This document shows, piece after piece, positions 12,751-21,645 of a stretch of 64,000 bases of DNA (within the stretch, counting starts at the first letter, position 1; every line of letters starts with the position of its first letter). Origin of the DNA: Oligoflexia bacterium (GTDB lineage: Bacteria > Bdellovibrionota > UBA1018). The translations under genes were made by a program, and so were the position numbers. The notes beneath the pieces were generated by a model that worked only from the letters and a program-made list of their open reading frames with translations, had not been told where the DNA came from and did not search any database. The DNA lies in assembly GCA_046317855.1 (NCBI GenBank), contig JBKCVM010000147.1, positions 3,956 through 67,955 on the forward strand. The letters are read 5' to 3'.

Positions 12751-13506
12751 ATGAGTGCGCAGCCCGGTAGTTCGTCAGGTCCTTCCCTTAAGCCCCACAT
12801 CCGCCTAGCGGCCGATCCCCGCTTCAAGCGAGCGGTTGTCTGTGGCGCTCCGGAGCGAGCCGCGCTGATTGCAAGCCAGCTCGAAAATCCGCAGGAGCTG
12901 GCCAAGAACCGTGAGTATCATTCGTACATCGGAAAGCACAAAGGCGTCGAAGTGATGGCCATCTCCCATGGAGTGGGCGCTGCCGGCGCCACGATCTGCT
13001 TTCAGGAGTTGATCGATGTGGGTGTGCAGTCGATCATCCGAGTAGGGACGGCAGGGGGTCTGCAGGACGAAGCGCAGATCGGCGATGTGGCGCTTGCCGT
13101 TGCAGCGGTCCGGCAGGAGGGTGTGACCCCGCTCATGGTGCCGATGGGTTTTCCGGCCGTGGCCGACTCGGCACTGACCGCCGGTCTTGCAGGCGCCCTG
13201 CTCGAAAAAGGCCGCAAGTTCCATCGCGGCGTCGTGCTCACGAGCGATGTGTTTTACCCGGGAATTTTGGACACCGACCTCAGGCTCTACCAAAAGGCCG
13301 GTTGCGTTGCCGTGGAGATGGAGTGCTCGGCGCTTTTTGTTACGGCACTGCTCAGGCGCGTGCGCGCGGCCGGCGTGCTAGCGCTCGATGGTAATCCGCT
13401 TAAGTGGGCTGAAGGAAACTATAATCCTACCGCAGGATCGCTCGACCAGGCGCTTCGCGCCGCAATCGCGGCCGCGCTCGACGCCATCGTGCTGCCGGTT
13501 GAGTGA
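12751..13506 (+). CDS. Nucleoside phosphorylase, PNP/UDP family 1 (purine nucleoside or uridine phosphorylase-like)
   Basis: SHGVGAAGATICFQELIDVGVQSIIRVGTAGGL and VEMECSALF are family-1 nucleoside phosphorylase motifs. Confidence 0.7.
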   Translation: MSAQPGSSSGPSLKPHIRLAADPRFKRAVVCGAPERAALIASQLENPQELAKNREYHSYIGKHKGVEVMAISHGVGAAGATICFQELIDVGVQSIIRVGTAGGLQDEAQIGDVALAVAAVRQEGVTPLMVPMGFPAVADSALTAGLAGALLEKGRKFHRGVVLTSDVFYPGILDTDLRLYQKAGCVAVEMECSALFVTALLRRVRAAGVLALDGNPLKWAEGNYNPTAGSLDQALRAAIAAALDAIVLPVE

Positions 13507-14273
13507 GTTTTTCAAAGCACCCCATCTTATTCGAAGACGCCGACCTGGTGCTGGTGGACAAACCGGCTGGCGTGCTCTCGCACCCCAACCCCGGCGCCAA
13601 GGCCGCGCCAGGCTCCTGCGCCTTTGAGGGAAAGTACGATTTCAACGCCAAGACCTTTGCCACGCCCTCGGGCACGCTCTGGCTTTTGCACCGGCTTGAC
13701 CAAGACACTTCGGGCGTGTTGCTTGCCGCTCGAACCGAAAAGGCTGCGCGCGCGTTGCGCGAAGCCTTTGATGCCGGGCGCGTGGCCAAGCACTACCTTG
13801 CACTGGTGCGCGGGATTGCCGACGAAAAGGGAGTGTGGCGCGACCACCTTGAGTCGTCTCGAGAGGGGCGCGGGGGGCGTGACGGCTCGCGCGTTCGCAC
13901 GCGCGTGGTGCGCGGTCGCGCTGCCAATGCCGAGCTCAAGTTTGTGCGACGCGAGGTTTTTGCCGCGCAGCGGGTGAGCCTGCTTGAGATTGAGCTCGTC
14001 ACCGGGCGCACGCACCAGATCCGTGTTCAGGCCGCCTCACGCCAGCACCCGATTGCTGGCGATGACCTTTACGGCGATTTTGCCTGGAACAAGCGTCTGC
14101 GCAAGGAGTGGGGCCTTAAGCGCTTGTTCCTCCACGCTGCATCGCTTGAGTTTGTGCACCCCGGCACCAGGCGGCGCGTTTGCATCGAGTCTGCGCTGCC
14201 GGGGGAGCTGGAGCGGGTCAAGGGGGACACATCCCCTCTCGTGAAAAGCGTCAACACGTCCACCCCATGCTAG
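13503..14273 (+). CDS. RluA-family pseudouridine synthase
   Basis: HRLDQDTSGVLL catalytic Asp motif and TGRTHQIRVQ motif; 4-bp overlap with the upstream gene. Confidence 0.8.
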   Translation: MSFSKHPILFEDADLVLVDKPAGVLSHPNPGAKAAPGSCAFEGKYDFNAKTFATPSGTLWLLHRLDQDTSGVLLAARTEKAARALREAFDAGRVAKHYLALVRGIADEKGVWRDHLESSREGRGGRDGSRVRTRVVRGRAANAELKFVRREVFAAQRVSLLEIELVTGRTHQIRVQAASRQHPIAGDDLYGDFAWNKRLRKEWGLKRLFLHAASLEFVHPGTRRRVCIESALPGELERVKGDTSPLVKSVNTSTPC

Positions 14274-14282
14274 ACTCAAAGG

Positions 14283-15551
14283 ATGGTTCGTGGGGTGTTC
14301 AGTGCGCGGCGTTGGGACCGCAGCCGTGGCCAGAGCCTGGTCGGGGTATTGAGCGCGATGGCGGGATCGCTCGTGCTCTTTGCTGTCTCTGCACAGCTCA
14401 TGATTCAGATGAATCGTATCAAGTCAGACGATGAGCTGGAGAGCTCCTTTCAGCAGATGACCCAGCTCGTGGGCCTGAGCTTGGCAAATCCGGGCTCCTG
14501 CGGTGAGTTCTTTGCCAATCAGCAGATCACCTACCAGGCGGGGGCTGGCCAAGGAGGGGCTGGATGGCAACATGTTGCAGATCCTGCAAGGCCCCTGGTC
14601 TTGGGTGTATTGGCGCCTCCCACCAGTACCCCTCAGCGGTTTGGGCCTTGGGCCGTTCAGAGTTTGAGTCTGCAGATCGAAGACTGCAAGGTGTGGGATG
14701 CCTCCACCGGTTCTCACGTTTCCTGCATCGGTGCGCAGGCAGGTCAGCCGCTCTCTCAACCCACCGAGTTGGTTGGAACTCTGTCTGTCACCGTCAACTC
14801 AACCCGGCCCTCGACCGGCGTGGCAGTGGTTCGGACGACAGAAAAGTTTCCGTTTTTAGTTCGTACTCCGACTGGTCCCAGCCCTCTGGCTCCCGGAGTT
14901 TCATCGTATGTTTTGCCAGCACAAGGTGCCTGCGGGCTCCAAGGGCCATCCGGGGGACAGCCGCCAGCAAATCTGCGCCAACTGCTCTGTAATTCGCTCT
15001 GCATTTCTCCTTCGGCCATGGTTTCAAGAACGGGTTGTTGGGATCCGATCACCGAGCAGTGTGACTTATCCTATCAGACTTGCGATGCGCTTAGGGTTTC
15101 GCGCGCGGGTGTTAATCGGTGTGAGAAAACAAACTTCCGAAATGAATTTGTTCGTGGCGGTTACATTGGGGCTTCGCAAAATCCTTGCCCTGCAGACGAG
15201 GCGGCCGTTGGATTTAGGCTCAAGTATCCGTCGCTGCACTCTTCTGCAGACTCTCAAATGATCTGCCGTCCCTACGGTCCGGCTCCTACGAACCCTCCTG
15301 AGTCCTGCCCCAGTTGCGCAGTGAGGGTTGAGCGTGCGCCTCCGCCAGCACCAAGCACTCGGGCGGCACAGTGCCTCAATTATTGTGTGGGATTGAGCCC
15401 ACCCTCGGGCCAGTTGACGGCTTGGCTGCATACTGGGGCCAATGCTCAGCCAGTCAGTGGTGGGGGAGTCTCGGCGTTCTGTTCTTGCGGGACTCCTAAG
15501 GCAGGGTTTGAGTTCTGTAGACAACCCAGAACAGGGTGTACCGGACTATGA
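14283..15551 (+). CDS. Large Cys-rich pilin-like protein 1 (prepilin-type N-terminus lacking Glu5, GspK/PilX-like)
   Basis: Basic leader ...RWDRSRG, then hydrophobic QSLVGVLSAMAGSLVLFAVSA. The C-terminal 250 aa carries about 20 Cys and is Gly/Pro/Ser-rich. Confidence 0.5.
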   Translation: MVRGVFSARRWDRSRGQSLVGVLSAMAGSLVLFAVSAQLMIQMNRIKSDDELESSFQQMTQLVGLSLANPGSCGEFFANQQITYQAGAGQGGAGWQHVADPARPLVLGVLAPPTSTPQRFGPWAVQSLSLQIEDCKVWDASTGSHVSCIGAQAGQPLSQPTELVGTLSVTVNSTRPSTGVAVVRTTEKFPFLVRTPTGPSPLAPGVSSYVLPAQGACGLQGPSGGQPPANLRQLLCNSLCISPSAMVSRTGCWDPITEQCDLSYQTCDALRVSRAGVNRCEKTNFRNEFVRGGYIGASQNPCPADEAAVGFRLKYPSLHSSADSQMICRPYGPAPTNPPESCPSCAVRVERAPPPAPSTRAAQCLNYCVGLSPPSGQLTAWLHTGANAQPVSGGGVSAFCSCGTPKAGFEFCRQPRTGCTGL

Positions 15552-16717
15552 GCACCCTTTTGCAAACAATGGTGGTGGCACTCATGGTGCAAGGGACGAT
15601 GCTTGGAGTCATGAGTAACCGGCTCTCGCAAAAAAATGCGCATATGAACCAAATGGTGATGGCAGATCGAGATGCGTTTCAGGGCCAAATCCAAAAGGCT
15701 CTTGCTGCGCCCGAGACGTGTTGGCAGATGCTGCAAAAGGTTGATTTTTCGACTACCGGCACGGCTGCAGGGCTGGTGCTGATGGTTCCAGGAGACTCTG
15801 AGAGCTCAAGTCCGTGGGTCCGGCCAGATATGTCTTGGAATAGCCTACTCATCCAAGAGATCTCGGTAAACACGCAGGACTGCGATTCAAACACCGATCC
15901 ACTTTGCGGTACCTCAGCCAATTACACAAAGAAAGCGACCTTAGTATGGGAAGGTCAGGCCCGCGCTGGGAGCGCCAGAAAAATTGGCGGCACGATCGGC
16001 CCCATTTATGCCGATTACGATAACAAGACCTGTGCGTTGATGCTGCAAGGCACAAGTACGGGTTCGGCCTCTGGCGTAGATTGCCAGAGTTTTGGGGGAG
16101 ACTGTGGCGGAAGCAGAACTCTGCAGCTCACGCTGCGAAATTCTGGCTTTAGTTCCTATCCATTTGCTTCGATTCCGCTAGAAGAGCTCTCGGCTCTGTC
16201 GGGATGGGAGATGTCAACCGAGCTTCGAGCTGCCACAGTGGGCGGATGTCCAGTGGGCTATGCAGTGTCTCAGGTTAACAATGAATCTTGGGCAGTAACT
16301 GGAGCGGCCAATTTTAATTGCGTGCCGCTTGTCCCAAATCTTGGAACACCTAACAACGGCTGCGCGCGGTTAAACTACCAAACTTGCTATTATCAGGGTC
16401 CCTCTCACTTTTACGGACTCTGCCCGGATGGGAGTACCACTCTTAGCTATTACGCTATTTTTACGGGTAACGTCCTTCAAGGGCAGGAGTTTCGTTGCGG
16501 CCCGCCGGTCGGTTTGCAGCCTTGTGATAGTGTGACTTACACACAGCCTTCACTTCCTCCTTCAAACCCTGATTTTTCCGACTTCTTTGGGGTCGAACCC
16601 ACGGCGGGTATTCCAGATCCCGGAAATAACCCAGCCAATCCCATCGGCCATCCCGTCAATGGTGCCTCTTGCAGAACGGGATGTATTCACCTTCCAGGGA
16701 CCACCGCATGTCAGTAA
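15536..16717 (+). CDS. Large Cys-rich pilin-like protein 2 (N-terminal hydrophobic helix, non-canonical leader)
   Basis: N-terminal TLLQTMVVALMVQGTMLGVM helix. C-terminal half is Cys/Gly-rich like its neighbours. The start is uncertain (GTG 15536 or ATG 15548). Confidence 0.45.
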   Translation: MYRTMSTLLQTMVVALMVQGTMLGVMSNRLSQKNAHMNQMVMADRDAFQGQIQKALAAPETCWQMLQKVDFSTTGTAAGLVLMVPGDSESSSPWVRPDMSWNSLLIQEISVNTQDCDSNTDPLCGTSANYTKKATLVWEGQARAGSARKIGGTIGPIYADYDNKTCALMLQGTSTGSASGVDCQSFGGDCGGSRTLQLTLRNSGFSSYPFASIPLEELSALSGWEMSTELRAATVGGCPVGYAVSQVNNESWAVTGAANFNCVPLVPNLGTPNNGCARLNYQTCYYQGPSHFYGLCPDGSTTLSYYAIFTGNVLQGQEFRCGPPVGLQPCDSVTYTQPSLPPSNPDFSDFFGVEPTAGIPDPGNNPANPIGHPVNGASCRTGCIHLPGTTACQ

Positions 16718-17877
16718 CTCCGATCAAACTTAGAGCGGGAATGGGACTTGTGGAGGTCATGGTCGCTGCGTCTGTGATTGCAGCTTCGGTGCTTGGGGGG
16801 TTGGGAGCGGCTGAGTATTATGCCCGTTCGTCTGTCAGCCAAGCCCAAGATCAAGCGCTCTTGCGCCTTTTTAGAGGGATTGAATTGATTTTGAGTAGCC
16901 CCTCAACGTGCGATGCCAATCTCAAGGGGCAGGATGTAGGATCTTCGGGGCGATTTTCACTCAGTGAGTTGAGTGTGTCGGGTTCTGTGGCCGGAAGTGT
17001 GGCAAGCCCCTTTGTGCGCGTCGTGACTCATCAGCAGGGCAGTCAGCCGGCAAACGCCTTTCCACTGGGCGCCTCTGGATCAAGAGCCATCTGGGTCACG
17101 GGTCTTGAGTTTAATCGGGTTGGGCAAGTCGCTACGATTCAGCGTTATGAATTTAGAATCAGTGTGCAGATGCCCAGTGGTGCTGGAATGGTTCGAACTC
17201 TCAATCCGGCAACCGCCACGAGGACCCTTCAAGTTTATCTGGAGGTCAACTCTAACAACCGAGTGAGTCGCTGCGTGACTCCCAGTGCGAGCGGTGCTGC
17301 AGCTCCGCCCACCACGGCTCAGTCGGCCTGTGAGTCTTTGGGGGGTCAATGGGTGCGGGATCCTTCTCCTTCTGCCCTGGGCGAGTGGTGCATTCTTTCT
17401 AGGGTGGTCTGCCATGGGTGGAATCTCAGATACGATCCGGTCTCTCGTCACTGTAATATGGACGACGTCTACAAGGCCGGAGGCTTGGCGATGATCGCAA
17501 CCGGTCCGTGTCCAGAGGGTCAATCTCTTCGGAGTTTAGCGCCGGATGGGACCCCCCTTTGCGACTCACCTCGAAACCCTCAGCCGCCAGTGGTGGGAAA
17601 AGACGCACTCGGTTTAGAGCCCACGGTGACTGCAAACTGCGGTGATTGCTGGATGGATAGCGCCGTAGATTGCTACGCCCACAATCCGGCGATCCAACCC
17701 CCGGCTGAGCCATATGAGAGGCGGATGCGGTTCATGGTTTTCAAGCGAGGTCAGTTTCACAGCTCTACTTGCGCCCTGGGTCCTCCGCCCGGACTGAATA
17801 AGTGTGTTTCGTTTGAGCCAGGCACTGATGCTTGGGATGTGCCTTTTAAAGGTCGGCCCTGCGCCCCATCTCCGTAG
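16708..17877 (+). CDS. Large Cys-rich type IV pilin / pseudopilin-like protein 3 (canonical prepilin cleavage/methylation motif)
   Basis: MSVTPIKLRAG|MGLVEVMVAASVIAASVL: G at -1, E at +5, hydrophobic helix. About 18 Cys in the C-terminal domain. The ORF-track start at 16669 may be an extension. Confidence 0.55.
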   Translation: MSVTPIKLRAGMGLVEVMVAASVIAASVLGGLGAAEYYARSSVSQAQDQALLRLFRGIELILSSPSTCDANLKGQDVGSSGRFSLSELSVSGSVAGSVASPFVRVVTHQQGSQPANAFPLGASGSRAIWVTGLEFNRVGQVATIQRYEFRISVQMPSGAGMVRTLNPATATRTLQVYLEVNSNNRVSRCVTPSASGAAAPPTTAQSACESLGGQWVRDPSPSALGEWCILSRVVCHGWNLRYDPVSRHCNMDDVYKAGGLAMIATGPCPEGQSLRSLAPDGTPLCDSPRNPQPPVVGKDALGLEPTVTANCGDCWMDSAVDCYAHNPAIQPPAEPYERRMRFMVFKRGQFHSSTCALGPPPGLNKCVSFEPGTDAWDVPFKGRPCAPSP

Positions 17878-17897
17878 CCATGACGCGGTGCTTAAGT

Positions 17898-17935
17898 AAA
17901 AGGTGTCGGACACCCTGGGGTGTCCGACACCTTTT
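17898..17935. terminator. Bidirectional intrinsic terminator between convergent genes
   Basis: Perfect 16-17 bp inverted repeat AAAAGGTGTCGGACACC / GGTGTCCGACACCTTTT with a 4-nt loop, flanked by A-tract/T-tract on both sides. Confidence 0.6.
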
Positions 17936-17942
17936 AGACCTT

Positions 17943-18887
17943 TTAGATCTTGATGACCTCAATCCCCTTCTGCCGCTCCCTTGGGAGCTCTGCCGGTAGC
18001 GCAGCCTGTACCTGAACTGCCAGGGCTTCAAGAATGGGCTGCTTGTACTGGGTGCGCCGGTACACCAGGCTCACCTCGCGGCTCGGGACTGGTCGCGTAA
18101 AGGGTTTGAGCAGTTCGCGCCGGTGGCGCGAGAGCGAGCGCGTCGCGAGTAGCGGTAGAAGCGTGTAGCCGTATCCCTGCTCGACGAGATGGATCACCGT
18201 CTCGAGGCTTCCGCTTTCAAAGCGTACGTTCGAAAAAATACCGGGTTTTCCTCGAAGCGAGCAAATCCGCACGATTTGATTTCTGAGGCAGTGCCCCTCC
18301 GAGAGAAGCCAGAGATCGCGCCCGTCGAGTTTGTCTTCGTTGATGGTTTCTAACTTTGCCATTGGATGGCCCGCGCTTACAAAAAGACTGAAGGGCTCAT
18401 AGTAAAGCGGACGCTCCACCAGGCTCTCGACCTCAAGCGGGGTGGCCAAAATTCCCGCATCGATGCGATCCTGCTCGAGCGCCGCGATGATGTTTTCTGT
18501 CGTCATCTCTTCGATCAGTAGCTTGACCTCGGGGTAGCGCGTCGCAAAGTCACCTAAGAAAAGCGGCAACAGGTACGGCGCAATGGTCGGAATCAGCGCC
18601 AGCCTGAAATCTCCCGTGGGTTCGTTTTTGCGATTGCGGCAAAGGTGGTCGAGTTTTCCAACTTCACGCAACACCGACTTGGCCTGCTCGATCACCGCAA
18701 GTCCTTGTTGCGTTGGAAGAATAGGTTGTTTGCTGCGGTCAAAAAAAGTGAGTCCGTACTCTTCTTCGAGTTTGTGCAGCTGCATGCTGAGCGTCGGCTG
18801 AGAGACGTGGCAGGCCTTGGCCGCCTTGCCAAAATGCCGGTGCCGGTCAACCGCAATCAAGTATTCGAGCTGCGTGAGGGTAGCCAT
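17943..18887 (-). CDS. oxyR: LysR-family peroxide-sensing regulator OxyR
   Basis: N-terminus MATLTQLEYLIAVDRHRHFGKAAKACHVSQPTLSMQLHKLEEEYG is close to E. coli OxyR. Conserved redox Cys region (GHCLRNQ) is present. Divergent from ahpC. Confidence 0.85.
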   Translation of the reverse strand: MATLTQLEYLIAVDRHRHFGKAAKACHVSQPTLSMQLHKLEEEYGLTFFDRSKQPILPTQQGLAVIEQAKSVLREVGKLDHLCRNRKNEPTGDFRLALIPTIAPYLLPLFLGDFATRYPEVKLLIEEMTTENIIAALEQDRIDAGILATPLEVESLVERPLYYEPFSLFVSAGHPMAKLETINEDKLDGRDLWLLSEGHCLRNQIVRICSLRGKPGIFSNVRFESGSLETVIHLVEQGYGYTLLPLLATRSLSRHRRELLKPFTRPVPSREVSLVYRRTQYKQPILEALAVQVQAALPAELPRERQKGIEVIKI

Positions 18888-18891
18888 AACG

Positions 18892-18928
18892 ATAGTTTAT
18901 ATCTATCACACGATCAAAACAATCGATT
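18892..18928. promoter_or_regulatory. OxyR-box-like operator in the oxyR-ahpC divergent region
   Basis: ATAG-N7-CTAT (perfect half) followed by the degenerate second half TCAA-N7-GATT with the same 7-nt spacing (consensus ATAG-N7-CTAT-N7-ATAG-N7-CTAT). Confidence 0.4.
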
Positions 18929-18979
18929 TTAGCTTTTGGCGGCCTTGAGGCAGAGTCGAACCATAAGGAGAATTCAAAA

Positions 18980-19546
18980 ATGGCAACTCTGATCAATAGC
19001 AAAATCCCAGACTTTAAGGCCGAAGCGTACCACAACAACGCCTTCAAGACCGTGACTCAGAACGATCTGCGCGGAAAATGGTCGGTCCTCTTTTTCTATC
19101 CCGCCGACTTCACCTTCGTGTGTCCCACGGAGCTGGGCGACATGGCCGACAAGTATGATGCCTTCCAGAAGATGGGCGTCGAAGTCTACTCGGTGAGCAC
19201 CGACACGCACTTCACCCACAAGGCCTGGCATGACACTTCTGAGACGATCAAGAAGATCCGCTACCCGATGCTGGCTGACCCCACGGGCCACCTGACCCGT
19301 GCTTTCGGCGTGCACATCGAAGAGGCCGGCCTGTGCTACCGCGGCACCTTCGTTGTGGATCCCGAAGGCAAGATCAAGATCGCTGAAATCCATGACAACG
19401 GAATTGGCCGCAACGCCGATGAGCTGCTCCGCAAGGTGCAGGCTGCGCAGTTCGTGGCATCGCATCCGGGCGAAGTTTGCCCCGCTAAGTGGACTCCAGG
19501 GGCAAAGACCCTGAAGCCCGGTCTCGACCTGGTCGGCAAGATCTGA
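18980..19546 (+). CDS. ahpC: Alkyl hydroperoxide reductase C (typical 2-Cys peroxiredoxin)
   Basis: FTFVCPTEL peroxidatic Cys motif and resolving Cys EVCPAKW near the C-terminus; RBS AAGGAGA. Confidence 0.9.
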   Translation: MATLINSKIPDFKAEAYHNNAFKTVTQNDLRGKWSVLFFYPADFTFVCPTELGDMADKYDAFQKMGVEVYSVSTDTHFTHKAWHDTSETIKKIRYPMLADPTGHLTRAFGVHIEEAGLCYRGTFVVDPEGKIKIAEIHDNGIGRNADELLRKVQAAQFVASHPGEVCPAKWTPGAKTLKPGLDLVGKI

Positions 19547-19592
19547 GGAATCTTACGCTGAGGCCCGGCGCCTCGGCGGAGATGTTTTCGTC

Positions 19593-19620
19593 GGGGGAAG
19601 GGGGCGTTCCCTCTTCCCCC
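19593..19620 (+). terminator. Stem-loop in the ahpC-ahpF intergenic region (possible partial terminator/attenuator)
   Basis: GGGGGAAGGGGG-cgtt-CCCTCTTCCCCC (12-bp stem, one mismatch); a T-tract follows only after 16 nt. Confidence 0.35.
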
Positions 19621-19655
19621 GACTTCTTGGCCCCGATTTTTTACGGAGGTGCACC

Positions 19656-21284
19656 GTGAGTGACGCAGGCGGCTTGGATCTCGAAATGCTGGAGCAGCTC
19701 AAGGGCGTGTTTGCGCGCCTTGAAAACCCCGTCACGCTTCGAATTGAAAAGGGTGGGGACGAAAATCCCCAAAGCGCAGAGCTTGAGCAAATGCTCAAGG
19801 CCGTCGCTTCCGCTTCTCCCAATGTAAAGGTCGAGCACGGACCCCGCGTTTCTCCTGGCACCGCTCCCGCATTCGAAATCTTGCGCGGCACTCCCGGTGT
19901 GCTGCGCACCGGCATTCGGTTTCGTGCGATTCCGGGCGGGCACGAGTTCAGCTCGCTTGTGCTTGCCATTTTGCATGCCGACGGCAAGGGCAAGCTTCCG
20001 GACGAAGCCGTCACCCAGCGCATTCGCGCGCTTCGCGGGCCGATCCGGCTTCGCACCTACATGTCGCTTTCGTGCGAAAACTGCCCCGAAGTGGTGCAGG
20101 CCCTGAACCTCATGGCAGCCCTGCACCCGGACTTTGAGCACGAAACCATCGATGGCGCGCTTGCGCAGCAGGAAGTCACGGCACTCGCAATCCAGGGCGT
20201 GCCTGCAGTGGTTGCGCCGGGAGCGTTCGAAAGCGAGTGGAACCTTCTGCACTCGGGCAAGATCGCCCTGATCGACCTGCTCGCAAAGCTCGAGGCCCGT
20301 TTTGGAAAAAACGAGGCGGCGGTGACCACCCCAAAAGATCTCGGCCGCTTTGATGTCGTCGTGGTGGGCGGGGGTCCGGCGGGAGCCTCGGCTGCCATCT
20401 ATTCGGTGCGAAAGGGCCTGAGCACGGTCGTGCTTGCCGAACGGTTTGGTGGACAACTGCAAGACACCAAGGGCATCGAGAACATGATTTCGAAATCGTA
20501 CACCGAGGGCGTGCGCCTTTCGGCCGAACTTGCCGAGCACCTGGGCAAGTATCCGGTACGACTTCTTGAGCATAGGCGCGTGAATCGCGTGGGCCCACGT
20601 GACGGCGATGGGTATCGGCGCGTGGATCTGGAGAGCGGCGAGACGCTCGAGGCGCGAACGCTGATCGTGGCCACGGGCGCCAAGTGGCGGGAGCTCGGCG
20701 TGCCTGGAGAGAAAGAACACATCGGGCAGGGGGTTGCGTTTTGCGCGCACTGCGACGGGCCATTCTACAAGCAAAAGCGAGTGGTCGTCGTGGGTGGCGG
20801 AAATTCAGGTGTCGAGGCGGCGATCGATCTCTCTGCCATTGCAACCCATGTGACGCTGCTGGAGTTTAACACCGAACTCAAGGCCGACGGCGTGCTCGTT
20901 GAAAAGCTCAAGACCCTCGGCAATGTGGTGGTCCATACCGGCGCCCGCACCACGCGTGTGCTGGGTGAAGGTGGAAAGGTGGTTGGCCTTGAGTACGAGG
21001 ATCGCGAAAGCGGCCAAGTGAAGCGGCTCGATGTGGATGGAGTGTTCGTCCAGATCGGGCTTCTTCCGAACTCGCAGTTCGTCAAAGGCATCGTTGAAAC
21101 CACGCCCTACGGCGAAATCGTGGTCGACTCCAAGGGCCGCACCAACGCTCCGGGCATTTACGCTGCGGGCGATGTGACCACCGTGCCCTTTAAGCAAATC
21201 GTCATTGCGATGGGCGAGGGCGCCAAGGTGGCGCTCGCCGCATTTGAAGATCGGATGCGCGAAGCCCCTACGCCGCCAGTTTGA
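19656..21284 (+). CDS. ahpF: Alkyl hydroperoxide reductase subunit F
   Basis: N-terminal thioredoxin-like double domain with CENCPE, FAD/NAD(P) binding GGGPAG, redox-active CAHCDG. GTG start preceded by GGAGG. Confidence 0.9.
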   Translation: MSDAGGLDLEMLEQLKGVFARLENPVTLRIEKGGDENPQSAELEQMLKAVASASPNVKVEHGPRVSPGTAPAFEILRGTPGVLRTGIRFRAIPGGHEFSSLVLAILHADGKGKLPDEAVTQRIRALRGPIRLRTYMSLSCENCPEVVQALNLMAALHPDFEHETIDGALAQQEVTALAIQGVPAVVAPGAFESEWNLLHSGKIALIDLLAKLEARFGKNEAAVTTPKDLGRFDVVVVGGGPAGASAAIYSVRKGLSTVVLAERFGGQLQDTKGIENMISKSYTEGVRLSAELAEHLGKYPVRLLEHRRVNRVGPRDGDGYRRVDLESGETLEARTLIVATGAKWRELGVPGEKEHIGQGVAFCAHCDGPFYKQKRVVVVGGGNSGVEAAIDLSAIATHVTLLEFNTELKADGVLVEKLKTLGNVVVHTGARTTRVLGEGGKVVGLEYEDRESGQVKRLDVDGVFVQIGLLPNSQFVKGIVETTPYGEIVVDSKGRTNAPGIYAAGDVTTVPFKQIVIAMGEGAKVALAAFEDRMREAPTPPV

Positions 21285-21645
21285 AGGTCACTTCTTTATA
21301 CTCGACCTGCGGCTGTCGAACGGTACGCCCGGAAACCTTGGCCTTCTTGACCCGGATTACGCCAACTTCTTCGAAGAATCGGATGACCTTGTTCAGGTTG
21401 GAGATGTCGGTGCCGGTGAGCTTGGCCAGTTCGTAGATTGAACGGGGCTTGTAGGCGATGATTGCGGACAGAATTGGAATGTTCCGAACAAAGCGATTGA
21501 AGTCCGTCTTGTTGTCAAAGCTCACCTCAAATTCGGCTTCGCCCCGAAATGTCCCCTTCTGGACCGAGCGGGCTGCTCGCTTGAAGTCTTCAAACACCTG
21601 GTCTGCCGTCTTGCACGAAACTACGAGTCTTTTCACAGGGCTCAT
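21268..21645 (-). CDS. Winged-HTH DNA-binding protein (125 aa), downstream member of a TA-like pair
   Basis: HTH segment SIYELAKLTGTDISNLNKVIRFFEEVGVI. Start overlaps the stop of the upstream 70-aa ORF (ATGA, 4 bp). 3' end overlaps the ahpF 3' end convergently by 17 bp. Confidence 0.5.
   Translation of the reverse strand: MSPVKRLVVSCKTADQVFEDFKRAARSVQKGTFRGEAEFEVSFDNKTDFNRFVRNIPILSAIIAYKPRSIYELAKLTGTDISNLNKVIRFFEEVGVIRVKKAKVSGRTVRQPQVEYKEVTFKLAA

Noticed and set aside
19641-20774. 377-aa minus-strand ORF and several others antisense to ahpF
   Set aside because: Fully contained in the opposite strand of a confidently identified ahpF. This is a typical long antisense open frame in GC-rich DNA, with no motifs.
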